Assembly (NCBI GenBank): GCA_020532515.1
Contig: JAJBAY010000001.1
Span: 26,214-90,213, forward strand
DNA from: Candidatus Cloacimonadota bacterium
Lineage (GTDB): Bacteria > Cloacimonadota > Cloacimonadia > Cloacimonadales > Cloacimonadaceae
Length of the DNA: 64,000 bases
Direction of reading: 5' to 3'
Of this stretch, positions 43,275-52,746 are shown one piece after another. The number at the start of each line of letters is the position of its first letter. Positions within the stretch are counted from its first letter, which is position 1. A program made the position numbers and the translations under genes. Under the pieces are notes generated by a model, which searched no databases, was not told where the DNA came from, and was given only the letters and a program-made list of their open reading frames with translations.

Positions 43275-43620
43275 CGATCTTTTTCATTTTCAGTTCATGA
43301 ATATTCTTTTCATCTGGGCTATCTGTATTCCACTTCTCGAAGGTAACGATGGCAGAATCTTCTTCTTCCACTGTTTTCAAGATCTTGTATCTGGTTTTTT
43401 TCATTTCGGTTTTTTGTTCTTCGCTCATGTTTTCAGCGAAAGACTCAAGCATTTCCAAAAGCTGTTGTCCTTGTTCGGTAGTATGTTTCCTGGCAGCGGC
43501 AAAATCATTATTCTCGATAGCATCGAAGAATGCTCGGGCAGGTTTTTCTGATTTTGCTCCACAGGCGGCCAAGGCAAACAGCGCTAAGCTTATGAGTAGA
43601 ATATAGACTAATCTCTTCAT
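43228..43620 (-). CDS. small lipoprotein (DUF4878-like, tentative)
   Basis: Signal peptide plus lipobox LFALAAC. 130 aa. Confidence 0.6.
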   Translation of the reverse strand: MKRLVYILLISLALFALAACGAKSEKPARAFFDAIENNDFAAARKHTTEQGQQLLEMLESFAENMSEEQKTEMKKTRYKILKTVEEEDSAIVTFEKWNTDSPDEKNIHELKMKKIDGTWKVDLAKEDLDK

Positions 43621-43674
43621 GGTATCTCCTACAAATATAATTAATATTGCAAGTGGTGATAAATATCTGTCATA

Positions 43675-45513
43675 TCAGGCTTTATCTTTGGTTTTCCGTT
43701 TAAAGCTGGGAGTTCTATCGGGTTTTGCAGTTTGTTTTGTTCTGAATTTACGAAATTCTGTTTTGGCCTTATTCTTATCTTCCCAAGGTGGATTGTAGGA
43801 ATCTGAGCGCTTTTTGCTGCTCTCTCGGGAGTATGAACTGGAGCCTGCAGCTTTCGCTGGGGACACGCTGGGATCTATCTTTTGACCGTTGAATGGAGTT
43901 TGAGAAATGGCTTTTTTTAGCTCATTTTCATACTTTGCATCCAGATCTATCAGGCTGTAATCTCCAAAGATATTAATCTGTCCGATCTCTATTCCACGGG
44001 TTACTCTCAGGCTGTTGATATAGCGCATCAGATCACGTTTCGTAAGACCGTTGCTGAGTCCAATATTCAGACGGAAGGTGCTGAAAGAAAAGCTGCTCTT
44101 GTCCCTCTTTTCCCGCGGTTCTCTGGAGTCTCTCGAATCCCTGGAATCTCTGGAACTTCTCGAATCGCGTGAATCCCGAGCTTCACCCATGTTATTCAGA
44201 TCTGGGATATCCTTGTAGTAGTTCAAGAAACGGTTAAATTCGACCGAAACAAAGCGCTTAATCAGGTCTTCCCTGGTCATCCAGCTCAGCTTTTTAAATA
44301 CATTGGTGAGGAATGATTCCATTTCAGCTTCATTGACCTCGATGCGCTCCACCGTGTCGATGAAATGAAAGAGCTGCTTTTCACAGATTTCTCTGCCGCC
44401 GGGAACTTTTTGCCAGACGATGGGGGCGCCAAGCAGTTTTTCCACCGCTCTTAAGGCACTGGTTTCTTTGCCGTGGGTGATGGTGATCGAGATTCCGCTT
44501 TTACCCGCTCTGCCGGTACGTCCACAACGGTGGATATACATGATGGGATCAGTGGGCACCTGGTAATTTATGATGTGGGTGAGATCATCCACGTCCAAAC
44601 CTCTGGCGGCAACGTCTGTAGCTACCAATAGCGGCACAAATTTGCTGCGGAATTTGCTCATTACCAGCTCGCGCTGTCCTTGAGAAAGGTCTCCATGCAG
44701 GGCATCGGCATTGTAGCCGTCATGCTGCAATTTGTCGGCGATTTCCTGGGTTTCATTGCGGGTGCGGCAAAATATGATGCCATAGATATTGGGATTCATA
44801 TCCACGATTCTTTTCAGAGCCAAGTATTTATCTTTGGCCTGGACTTTGTAGTAAAAGTGTTGGATATTTTCTGCACCTTTATTTTCACTGCCCACGCTGA
44901 TGCGATGTGGCTCTTTCATAAATTTCTTGGCCAGGTTTTCCACTTCTTTGGGCATGGTAGCGGAAAATAGCAGAGTCTGGCGCCGTTCGGGGATGCTTTT
45001 CATGATTTCAGCCAGCTCGTCATGAAAACCCATATTCAGCATTTCATCCGCTTCATCCAAGACTAAGTAAGTTACCTTGCTCAGTTTCAGAGAGCCCTGA
45101 CGGATCATATCCGCCACGCGTCCCGGAGTGCCTACCACGATGTGGGCACCGGTCTTCAGAGCTTCTTTTTGTTTGTAGATCGGAGCTCCTCCATATACTG
45201 CCACCACGCGAATGCGGGTCATATAAAAAGCATATTCTTCAAGATCTTTGCTAATTTGCAGGCAAAGCTCACGAGTGGGGCAGAGGATGATACTTTGCGT
45301 ATCGCTACTTTCAATATCTATTTCGCTGAGCAAGGGAAATCCGAATGCGGCGGTCTTGCCGGTTCCAGTATTGGCCAGGGCGATAAGGTCATGATCATTG
45401 TCTAAAATCCAGGGAATGCACAGCTCCTGAATAGCTGTAGGGCTTTCAAAGCCCAGCTTTTGTGCAGCACGCTGAAGAGGCTCTGGTAGTGTGATATCAG
45501 TAAATTTTGTCAA
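43675..45513 (-). CDS. DEAD-box ATP-dependent RNA helicase with DbpA-type C-terminal RNA-binding domain
   Basis: Q motif GFESPTAIQ, Walker A ANTGTGKT, DEAD, SAT and HRCGRTGRAG. A DSR-type repeat linker and a basic tail are present. The TTG start follows AAGGAAAA. Confidence 0.9.
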   Translation of the reverse strand: MTKFTDITLPEPLQRAAQKLGFESPTAIQELCIPWILDNDHDLIALANTGTGKTAAFGFPLLSEIDIESSDTQSIILCPTRELCLQISKDLEEYAFYMTRIRVVAVYGGAPIYKQKEALKTGAHIVVGTPGRVADMIRQGSLKLSKVTYLVLDEADEMLNMGFHDELAEIMKSIPERRQTLLFSATMPKEVENLAKKFMKEPHRISVGSENKGAENIQHFYYKVQAKDKYLALKRIVDMNPNIYGIIFCRTRNETQEIADKLQHDGYNADALHGDLSQGQRELVMSKFRSKFVPLLVATDVAARGLDVDDLTHIINYQVPTDPIMYIHRCGRTGRAGKSGISITITHGKETSALRAVEKLLGAPIVWQKVPGGREICEKQLFHFIDTVERIEVNEAEMESFLTNVFKKLSWMTREDLIKRFVSVEFNRFLNYYKDIPDLNNMGEARDSRDSRSSRDSRDSRDSREPREKRDKSSFSFSTFRLNIGLSNGLTKRDLMRYINSLRVTRGIEIGQINIFGDYSLIDLDAKYENELKKAISQTPFNGQKIDPSVSPAKAAGSSSYSRESSKKRSDSYNPPWEDKNKAKTEFRKFRTKQTAKPDRTPSFKRKTKDKA

Positions 45514-45649
45514 TTGAGTTTTCCTTTTATGTAATTATGCTGCCACACTATAGGAACTGCCAATTTTGTAAAGGAATTGTTTTGAATATCTTGACTATCG
45601 CCTATATTCTCTTAAGATCGATAAGAGTCAAGCCTATAAAACCTTAGCT

Positions 45650-45750
45650 CTTGCTCACCCCTTCAAGTTGATTTTGACGCGTTTTTAACTCGAACTGACT
45701 CGAATGCTCGAGTGAACTCGAGTCGAAACTCCGTTAAAAGCGAGTCCAGG
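45650..45750 (+). repeat. CTCGAG-rich intergenic repeat, copy C (forward)
   Basis: CTTCAAGTTGATTTTGACGCG...GCTCGAGTGAACTCGAGTCGAA (core 45706-45727)...CCGTTAAAAG. It aligns along its length with copy D. Confidence 0.75.
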
Positions 45751-45870
45751 AGAAGAGGAAGGCTTGGGCTTCTTACCTTGATGCACTATTTTTGATACAT
45801 AATCTTTGAGCTTAGTGATAGGAGCTTCGTGCCTTTTAAAGGTAAATCTTTGGGAATCATCACAGCAGGC

Positions 45871-45899
45871 TTGACAAAAACTGCCTGATGAAATAGAAT
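45871..45899 (+). promoter_or_regulatory. candidate sigma70-type promoter (TTGACA-17 nt-TAGAAT)
   Basis: TTGACA at 45871-45876 and TAGAAT at 45894-45899, 31 nt upstream of the ATG at 45930. Confidence 0.5.
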
Positions 45900-45929
45900 G
45901 TCAGACAAAATGAATTATATGGAGTAGCG

Positions 45930-47030
45930 ATGCAGACGATGTTTTCCGGACTGCTGGACTTTCAGCTTTCCCAGATGATTATGATCATCGTGGGCTTAGT
46001 GCTGATTTGGCTGGCAATAGCGAAAAAATATGAACCGGCCTTGCTGTTGCCGATCGGATTTGGGACCATACTCACCAATATTCCGATGTCTGCAGCCATC
46101 GGCGATCATGGTCCACTTACGATCCTGTTTAAGGCAGGAATCGAGACAGAGCTGTTTCCTCTTTTGATCTTTATCGCCATTGGTGCGATGATAGATTTTA
46201 CGCCGCTGTTGAAGAATCCGTTTATGCTACTATTTGGTGCGGCAGCACAGCTTGGCATCTTTGTTACCATCATCCTGGCAGCACTTTGGGGATTTGATAT
46301 CAAGGAAGCTGCCTCGATCGGAATCATCGGAGCTGCGGATGGGCCTACCTCGATCTATGTGGCGAACCGCTTTGCCCCCAATCTCCTGGGTCCGATATCC
46401 GTGGCCGCTTATTCATATATGGCTCTGGTACCTATTATACAACCTCCTGTGATTCGTGCGCTTACCACCAAAAAAGAACGTAAGATTCGCATGGATTATC
46501 ATTCCGGTGATGTCTCAAAGACCGTAAAAATCATCTTTCCCATCGCTATCACCCTCGTAGCGGGAATCTTGGTACCGGCATCTTTGGCTCTGATCGGCTT
46601 CTTGATGTTTGGCAATCTTCTGCGCGAATGCGGTGTATTGGACAGTCTATCCAAATCCGCTCAAAACGAACTGGGCAATGTGGTTACCATCCTTTTGGGC
46701 ATTACCATAGCAAGCAAGATGCAGGGGGAATACTTCCTGCGTCCACAGACCCTGCTCATTCTCGTTTTGGGACTCGTAGCCTTTGTCTTCGATACTGCAG
46801 GTGGGGTGATGTTTGCCAAATTGCTCAATCTCTTCCGCAAAGAAAAGGTGAATCCCATGATCGGAGCTTGCGGGATTTCCGCTTTTCCGATGAGTGCCCG
46901 CGTAATTCATCAGATGGGCCAAAAAGAAGACCCCTTCAATTTCCTTTTGATGCCAGCAGTGAGTGTAAACGTAGGCGGGCAAATAAGTTCAGTAATTGCT
47001 GGAGGAATAATCCTTGCGCTCTTAGCATGA
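45930..47030 (+). CDS. Na+-translocating decarboxylase beta subunit (OadB/GcdB/MmdB family)
   Basis: 366-aa polytopic membrane protein. N-terminal GLLDFQLSQMIMIIVGLVLIWLAIAKKYEPALLLPIGFG and IGAADGPTSI motifs are typical of the family. Confidence 0.85.
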   Translation: MQTMFSGLLDFQLSQMIMIIVGLVLIWLAIAKKYEPALLLPIGFGTILTNIPMSAAIGDHGPLTILFKAGIETELFPLLIFIAIGAMIDFTPLLKNPFMLLFGAAAQLGIFVTIILAALWGFDIKEAASIGIIGAADGPTSIYVANRFAPNLLGPISVAAYSYMALVPIIQPPVIRALTTKKERKIRMDYHSGDVSKTVKIIFPIAITLVAGILVPASLALIGFLMFGNLLRECGVLDSLSKSAQNELGNVVTILLGITIASKMQGEYFLRPQTLLILVLGLVAFVFDTAGGVMFAKLLNLFRKEKVNPMIGACGISAFPMSARVIHQMGQKEDPFNFLLMPAVSVNVGGQISSVIAGGIILALLA

Positions 47031-47040
47031 GGAGAAGGTC

Positions 47041-47424
47041 ATGACAAAGAATTTGAATGCATTGCTGGAAGTGGCAAGAGAGGCTGCAAAGCAAGCTTAT
47101 GCCCCCTACTCCGGCTTTCGGGTGGGTAGTGCGGTACGCTGCAAGGATGGCACTATCTATAGCGGCTGCAATGTCGAAAATGCCTCCTATTCGCTGTCCA
47201 TCTGTGCAGAACGCGCGGCGATCTTCAAGGCTGTGAGTGAAGGCAAGCGGGATTTTACCGCGATTGCCATCTATGTGGATAGCGATAAGATCTTCCCACC
47301 CTGCGGAGCTTGCCGACAAGTCATACATGAATTTGGCTCTGAGATCTTTGTGATCTATGCCAATCATGATGAAACCTTTGAAACTACTATCGCAGAGCTG
47401 CTGCCGGGAGCCTTTAGTCTGTGA
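47041..47424 (+). CDS. cdd: cytidine deaminase
   Basis: 127 aa with zinc ligands CAERAA and PCGACRQ. Confidence 0.9.
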   Translation: MTKNLNALLEVAREAAKQAYAPYSGFRVGSAVRCKDGTIYSGCNVENASYSLSICAERAAIFKAVSEGKRDFTAIAIYVDSDKIFPPCGACRQVIHEFGSEIFVIYANHDETFETTIAELLPGAFSL

Positions 47425-48326
47425 TCTATCCTGAGCTGCAAGCTTGCACAATATGTCCCAGAAATTGCAATGTAAACCGCTATCAGAATAAAGGGTATTG
47501 TGGGGCTCCTGCTGAGCTCATGATAAATCTGGCTCAACTGCATTTTGGGGAGGAACCTCCCATTTCTGGCGATAGGGGCAGCGGAACGATCTTCTTCAGC
47601 CATTGCAACCTGCGCTGTGTATTTTGTCAGAATCACCTAATCATCCTGAAAGGCTCTGGTCACAAGGTATCTGAAGAGGAGCTTCTGAAGATCTTTTTTG
47701 ATTTGCAGGCTCAGGGCGCTCACAATATCAATCTGGTTACACCCACACATTATAGCATCCCTCTCATCACTGTGCTGCGAAAAGCCAAAGAGCAGGGTTT
47801 AAAGATTCCCATTCTGTGGAATAGCAGCGCTTATGAGAGCCTGGAAACACTCAAAAAGCTGGATGGTTTGGTGGATATATATCTGCCTGATTTTAAGTAT
47901 TACCACCCTCTTTATGCCAAAAAGTATTCGCATGCCCAGGATTATCCTGCGGTAGCGTTTGCTGCGCTCAAAGAAATGGTAAAGCAGACCGGCTTTTTGC
48001 AAGAAGACCCCTCCGGGATCGCTACAAAAGGGGTATTGGTCAGGCTATTGCTACTGCCCAATGCCCTCAGCGGAACCAAGGATAGTTTGCGTTTACTGGC
48101 CGACGAATTTGGCACGGACCTGCCTCTAAGCCTGATGGCGCAATATTATCCCGCTGGTGAAGCTGTGCATATAGCAGAGCTAAACCGGGGAGTGAAACCA
48201 AATGAATATCAAGCTGTGGTAGAAACAGCAGAGGAAATAGGCTTTGAAAAGCTATTTGCACAAGAGCTCTCCTGCGACGACCACTGGACTCCAAAATTTC
48301 TCGACATAACCAAACAGGGAGTTTGA
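47421..48326 (+). CDS. radical SAM protein (PflA/PflX-like activase family)
   Basis: GTGA overlap with cdd. N-terminal Cys cluster CTICPRNCNVNR...YCG and radical SAM motif CNLRCVFCQN. Confidence 0.75.
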   Translation: MIYPELQACTICPRNCNVNRYQNKGYCGAPAELMINLAQLHFGEEPPISGDRGSGTIFFSHCNLRCVFCQNHLIILKGSGHKVSEEELLKIFFDLQAQGAHNINLVTPTHYSIPLITVLRKAKEQGLKIPILWNSSAYESLETLKKLDGLVDIYLPDFKYYHPLYAKKYSHAQDYPAVAFAALKEMVKQTGFLQEDPSGIATKGVLVRLLLLPNALSGTKDSLRLLADEFGTDLPLSLMAQYYPAGEAVHIAELNRGVKPNEYQAVVETAEEIGFEKLFAQELSCDDHWTPKFLDITKQGV

Positions 48327-48328
48327 AC

Positions 48329-49444
48329 ATGAGAACTACATTTATTACCATATTACTACTTTTGATCACGATTTCGCTAACTGCCGTCAATATCGAAATC
48401 CGTGGAACATCTGAAAAACATAATGTTCCTGAGATTCAGATAGATGGCATCAACTACATTTCAATCAAAGACCTTGGCCCCGCACTGAAATGCATCAGCA
48501 AACAGGAACGTCTCGACCAAAGGCTATATCTGCATTTCTTCGGCGAAACCTTCATCTTCCTGGAAGGAAGCTCTTATTACAGCTATAAGATTGATTCTTA
48601 CAATATGCATTTTCCGCTGCAACGCAAGGAGGCAAACTACTATCTGCCCACAGTGTTCCTCACCGAGCATCTGCCCTTGCACTTTGAGCAGGAAGCCGGG
48701 TATAAAAGAGGAGTTTTATCCATCAAACAGCCGGTGGACCATAGTGTGCAAGTGATCGTGCTGGATCCCGGCCACGGCGGTAAAGACCCCGGAGCAGTCG
48801 GTAAAGCCCTTAAGATCAAAGAAAAAGACGTGAACCTGGCTGTTGCCTTAAAGCTCAAAACCTTATTAGAGAAAGAATTGGGCGTGAAAGTACTGATGAC
48901 CAGACCTGACGACCGCTTTGTTTCCTTGCAAGATCGTACCCGCTTTGCCAATGAGAATAAAGCAAATCTATTTATCAGCATTCACGCCAATTCCTCCACG
49001 AATATCTCTCCACGTGGGGCGGAGACCTACTATCTGGCTACAGCCATGACCTCCGATGCCAGAGCGGTGGAAGCCCTGGAAAATAAAGTGGTGGAGCTTT
49101 ATGAAGGCGGTGCTTCAGCTCGCAGCAAATACGACGGACTGGATTTTATCCTCAGTGACCTCAGCCAGACAGAGCATCTGCAAAGCAGTAATGAACTGGC
49201 CAGCAGTGTGCAACAAAATCTGATTGCTGGCTGTCAGGCTTATGACCGAGGGGTGAAACAGGCCAATTTCTATGTGCTGAAAGGTGCCTTCATGCCGTCG
49301 ATCCTCATTGAACTTGGCTTTTTGTCCAATCCTGATGAAGAGCGCCTCCTGGTCAATGATGATTATCAACAGCGTCTGGCCAGAACCATCTTTGAAGGCC
49401 TAAAGCGCTTTAAATACCGCTATGACAGAATCCGTAACACATGA
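48329..49444 (+). CDS. N-acetylmuramoyl-L-alanine amidase (Amidase_3, AmiC-like)
   Basis: ATG at 48329 follows CAGGGAG. Signal peptide present. VLDPGHGGKDPGAVG and ISIHANS motifs. Confidence 0.85.
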   Translation: MRTTFITILLLLITISLTAVNIEIRGTSEKHNVPEIQIDGINYISIKDLGPALKCISKQERLDQRLYLHFFGETFIFLEGSSYYSYKIDSYNMHFPLQRKEANYYLPTVFLTEHLPLHFEQEAGYKRGVLSIKQPVDHSVQVIVLDPGHGGKDPGAVGKALKIKEKDVNLAVALKLKTLLEKELGVKVLMTRPDDRFVSLQDRTRFANENKANLFISIHANSSTNISPRGAETYYLATAMTSDARAVEALENKVVELYEGGASARSKYDGLDFILSDLSQTEHLQSSNELASSVQQNLIAGCQAYDRGVKQANFYVLKGAFMPSILIELGFLSNPDEERLLVNDDYQQRLARTIFEGLKRFKYRYDRIRNT

Positions 49445-49560
49445 ATAAGCATTACATGCCCAAACGCAGAATCACCTGTGATGATCGGAATCCCTACACT
49501 GCTGACAATTTCCGTGAAAGTTGCTGTTTTCATCTCAAGATATCGGTTGATATTGCTTAA

Positions 49561-50847
49561 ATGGCTGTAAGGATCCAATCCATAGAGCCGGGTAGCCTGG
49601 CCCACGAGAATGGCCTGCAGGGCGGAGATAGGATCATCTCTGTCAACGGCATCCCCATCCGGGATTTCTTGGATTTGCAATTTTATGTTAATGATTACCA
49701 GCTTGATTTCATCCTGGAAGATGCTTCCGGCAGCCAGCGCGAGCTTAGCATCTATCGTGAGCTGGCCAAACCGCTGGGCATTATCCCGGAGGATTACCGG
49801 CATCGCAATTGCCAAAACAACTGTATATTCTGCTTTATCGATCAAATGCCTCCAGGGATGCGTAAGAGCTTGTATGCCAAGGATGATGATTACCTGCTGT
49901 CTTTCGTATATGGCAATTACATCACCCTGACCAACCTCCAAGAAGGGGATCTCACTCGCATACTTGATCAACATATCAGCCCGCTGTATGTCTCTTTGCA
50001 CAGCAGCAATATGGACTTGCGTCAAGAGCTGATGCGCTCTGCTCATCCCGTAGATGTGATGGCTACTTTAGCTGAGCTTTCGGATAGCGGAATAGAGTTT
50101 CACATACAGATAGTTTGCGTGCCGGGCTTCAACGATGGCCTTGAGCTAAAACGTACTATCAGCGATCTCATGGATAAGGAATTGAATATCCTGTCCATCG
50201 GAGTGGTGCCTGTGGGGCTAACCAAATACAGAGATGGACTCTGTCAGCTAAATAGTTTTGATCAGGCCAGAGCAGCACAGGTTTTGGACATTCTGGATGA
50301 ACTGCGAACTTCATATAAATGCCAAATCATATATCCGGCGGATGAGCTCTTTGTCCTGGCCAAACGGCCTGTGCCGGAGGTAGAATACTATCAGGATTTT
50401 CCTCAGCTTGAAAATGGCATCGGCATGCTGAGCCTGAGCTATGCCAACTTCAAAAAGCGCAAACGGGCTATTTTAAAAGAGCTACGTCAAAGCGGGGGAG
50501 ACTTCGTGATCCTGTGCTCGACCAGCGCCAAATCACTGATCGCTCAAATCGTAAAAGAGCTGAACTTGCGGCTAAAAGGACAGAAAGTCACCCTGCAGGT
50601 AATCAGAAACGACTTTTTCGGAGAGCAGGTTACGGTGGCAGGGCTTATAACTTTCTCTGATATAGTGATGCAATTCAGCCCTAAAAAGCCTGTTACGGTG
50701 ATCCTGCCTGATGTGATCTTCAATCATGAAGGCTTTACCTTGGATGGGAAGAGTAGGGAGGATGTGCGCGGGGCTCTGGACACTCCGATTATCTTGATGG
50801 ATCAGCTTTGGGAAGCTTGGGTGTGCCTTGATAAAGATTTTACTTGA
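49561..50847 (+). CDS. PDZ + DUF512 (radical-SAM-related) protein
   Basis: N-terminal PDZ (GLQGGDRIISVNGIPI) followed by CQNNCIFCFIDQMPPGMRKSLY, which is typical of DUF512. Confidence 0.7.
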   Translation: MAVRIQSIEPGSLAHENGLQGGDRIISVNGIPIRDFLDLQFYVNDYQLDFILEDASGSQRELSIYRELAKPLGIIPEDYRHRNCQNNCIFCFIDQMPPGMRKSLYAKDDDYLLSFVYGNYITLTNLQEGDLTRILDQHISPLYVSLHSSNMDLRQELMRSAHPVDVMATLAELSDSGIEFHIQIVCVPGFNDGLELKRTISDLMDKELNILSIGVVPVGLTKYRDGLCQLNSFDQARAAQVLDILDELRTSYKCQIIYPADELFVLAKRPVPEVEYYQDFPQLENGIGMLSLSYANFKKRKRAILKELRQSGGDFVILCSTSAKSLIAQIVKELNLRLKGQKVTLQVIRNDFFGEQVTVAGLITFSDIVMQFSPKKPVTVILPDVIFNHEGFTLDGKSREDVRGALDTPIILMDQLWEAWVCLDKDFT

Positions 50848-50909
50848 AGTTTTTCCCCCCTCATTTATCTTGACACACAATGAATAATTATACTTCAAAG
50901 GAGCTATCA

Positions 50910-51389
50910 ATGCGAATAATACAAGGTAATCTAGTCTCCAAAGGCTACCGCTTCAGCATCGTTGTCAGTAGATTCAACGAGATCATCAGCGGAAAATTGC
51001 TGGAAGGCGCGCTGGACTGTCTGCGTAGATCTGAAGTGCGCGATGAAGACATCACTGTGATCTGGGTTCCGGGAGCTTTTGAGATACCTATGGTGGCTCA
51101 GACAGCGGCCCAAGAGCTGGACACTGACGCTGTTATCTGCCTGGGAGCGGTAATTCGCGGCAGCACACCTCACTTTGAATATGTAGCAGCTGAGGTGAGC
51201 AAAGGCGTAGCGCAGGCTTCCTTACATAGCGGTAAACCGGTTATATTTGGAGTGCTGACCACAGACAGTGTGGATCAAGCCATAGAAAGAGCTGGCTCTA
51301 AAGCTGGCAACAAAGGTTTTTCTGCGGCCAGCAATGCCGTGGAAATGGTAAGCCTCATGCGGGAGATTAAAAATGGGACAAAGGCGTAA
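50910..51389 (+). CDS. ribH: 6,7-dimethyl-8-ribityllumazine synthase
   Basis: ATG at 50910 follows [27 protein letters not shown] and [14 protein letters not shown] motifs. Confidence 0.9.
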   Translation: MRIIQGNLVSKGYRFSIVVSRFNEIISGKLLEGALDCLRRSEVRDEDITVIWVPGAFEIPMVAQTAAQELDTDAVICLGAVIRGSTPHFEYVAAEVSKGVAQASLHSGKPVIFGVLTTDSVDQAIERAGSKAGNKGFSAASNAVEMVSLMREIKNGTKA

Positions 51390-51843
51390 AGCACGCGAAT
51401 TCGCGGTTCAATGCATCTACGCGCTTGATTTTGCCGAGGTAACGGTAGATTTCAGAGAATACGGTTTACTCAATGAGTATCCTGAAATCCTGAATCAACT
51501 GACTTCCTCAGAAAACATCAACCCCAACTCGAGCCTGTTTGCTTTCGCGGATGAATTGGTAAAGAACACCATCATCAATATCGAAAGCATCGAAGCTGAG
51601 ATAGATAAATATACAGAGCATTGGTCTTTGGAGTCCATCGCTCATCTGGATAAAAGCATCTTGATCGTGGCGGTGTATGAACTGATGTTTACAGACACTC
51701 CTGCCGCAGTGGTCATCAATGAAGCCATAGAGATTGCCAAGAAGTTTTGCAGTGAGCATACTGGAAAGTTCATCAACGGCATCCTGGACGCTATAAACAA
51801 AGGCATTCCTCACAGTTTACCGGGACGGCAGATCCCCACTTGA
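51373..51843 (+). CDS. nusB: transcription antitermination factor NusB
   Basis: [17 protein letters not shown] at the N-terminus. It overlaps ribH by 17 nt, in the classical ribH-nusB order. Confidence 0.85.
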   Translation: MGQRRKAREFAVQCIYALDFAEVTVDFREYGLLNEYPEILNQLTSSENINPNSSLFAFADELVKNTIINIESIEAEIDKYTEHWSLESIAHLDKSILIVAVYELMFTDTPAAVVINEAIEIAKKFCSEHTGKFINGILDAINKGIPHSLPGRQIPT

Positions 51844-51848
51844 TAGAT

Positions 51849-52736
51849 ATGAAGATAAGCTGCAGCATTGGAGTTTTTGCACACAACGAAGAAGCAAACA
51901 TCCTGCATTTGCTAAGGGCACTCTCTGCCCAAAAGCTGAATGAAGCCTGTATCGAAGAGATCATCGTGGTCTCCAGTGCCAGCATTGATGCCACGGACGA
52001 TCTGGTGCGGGATTATGCCCTTGAAAACCCCAAAGTAAAGCTATATACCCAAGCCCGCCGAGAGGGAAAGTCCAGCGCGATTAACCTCTTTATGGCAGAG
52101 GCAAAATCGGATGTTCTGGTAGTGATTTCCGGAGACGTGATCCCCGCTGAAAATACCATAGAACTCATGGTTTCTGCATTTGTAGATCCCAAGATTGGTG
52201 CCAGTGGGGGCAGACCGATGCCGGTGAATAGCGATCAAAACCTTATCGGCTATGCGGTTCATCTCTTATGGCGCTTGCATCACCGCATGGCGCTGATTTC
52301 TCCAAAATTGGGTGAGATGATTGCCTTCCGCAAAGTGATGGAATCCATCCCCAAAGAATCCGCCGTCGATGAAGCCAGCATCGAAGCCATCATCCGTCAG
52401 AAAGGTCTGCAGCTGAAATACATCCCCCAGGCCATTATTCATAATAAGGGGCCGGAAAATCTGCCCGATTACATCAAACAGCGTCGCCGCATCCAAAACG
52501 GTCATTTGTGGCTGATCAAACGGCAAAAGTACCAAGTGGTGTCTCAGGATAAGGGCACTCTCATCTCGATTTTAAAACAGGAACTCAAAGAGCGCCCTCA
52601 AGACTTTATTAAACTGACTTTAGTAGTGGCACTGGAAGTTTATTGCCGTTTGCTGGGCTCTTGGGATTTTTACATCCGGGGCAAAAACCCCTTCGTTTGG
52701 GACATATCACACTCCACCAAATCGGTTAAACCATAA
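51849..52736 (+). CDS. family 2 glycosyltransferase
   Basis: ATG at 51849. N-terminal GT-A pattern CSIGVFAHNEEANI...IIVVSSASIDATDD...GKSSAINLF...ISGD. Confidence 0.75.
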   Translation: MKISCSIGVFAHNEEANILHLLRALSAQKLNEACIEEIIVVSSASIDATDDLVRDYALENPKVKLYTQARREGKSSAINLFMAEAKSDVLVVISGDVIPAENTIELMVSAFVDPKIGASGGRPMPVNSDQNLIGYAVHLLWRLHHRMALISPKLGEMIAFRKVMESIPKESAVDEASIEAIIRQKGLQLKYIPQAIIHNKGPENLPDYIKQRRRIQNGHLWLIKRQKYQVVSQDKGTLISILKQELKERPQDFIKLTLVVALEVYCRLLGSWDFYIRGKNPFVWDISHSTKSVKP

Positions 52737-52746
52737 AAGGATACCC

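Noticed and set aside
43000-43551. 183-aa plus-strand ORF, plus the 42870-43187 and 43349-43606 ORFs
   Set aside because: Antisense to the YiiX-like and lipoprotein genes. It spans their junction, which a real gene would not be expected to do.
46936-47451. 171-aa minus-strand ORF
   Set aside because: Antisense to cytidine deaminase, whose CAERAA / PCGACRQ zinc ligands are present on the plus strand.
49420-50046. 208-aa minus-strand ORF overlapping the amidase 3' end and the PDZ-DUF512 gene
   Set aside because: The plus-strand PDZ and CQNNCIFCFIDQ (DUF512) motifs identify the real gene. The minus-strand ORF has no motif and overlaps two genes.
50848-50909. Possible FMN riboswitch upstream of ribH
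   Set aside because: The spacer is only about 60 nt, far shorter than an FMN (RFN) element, and contains only a TTGACA box and an SD.
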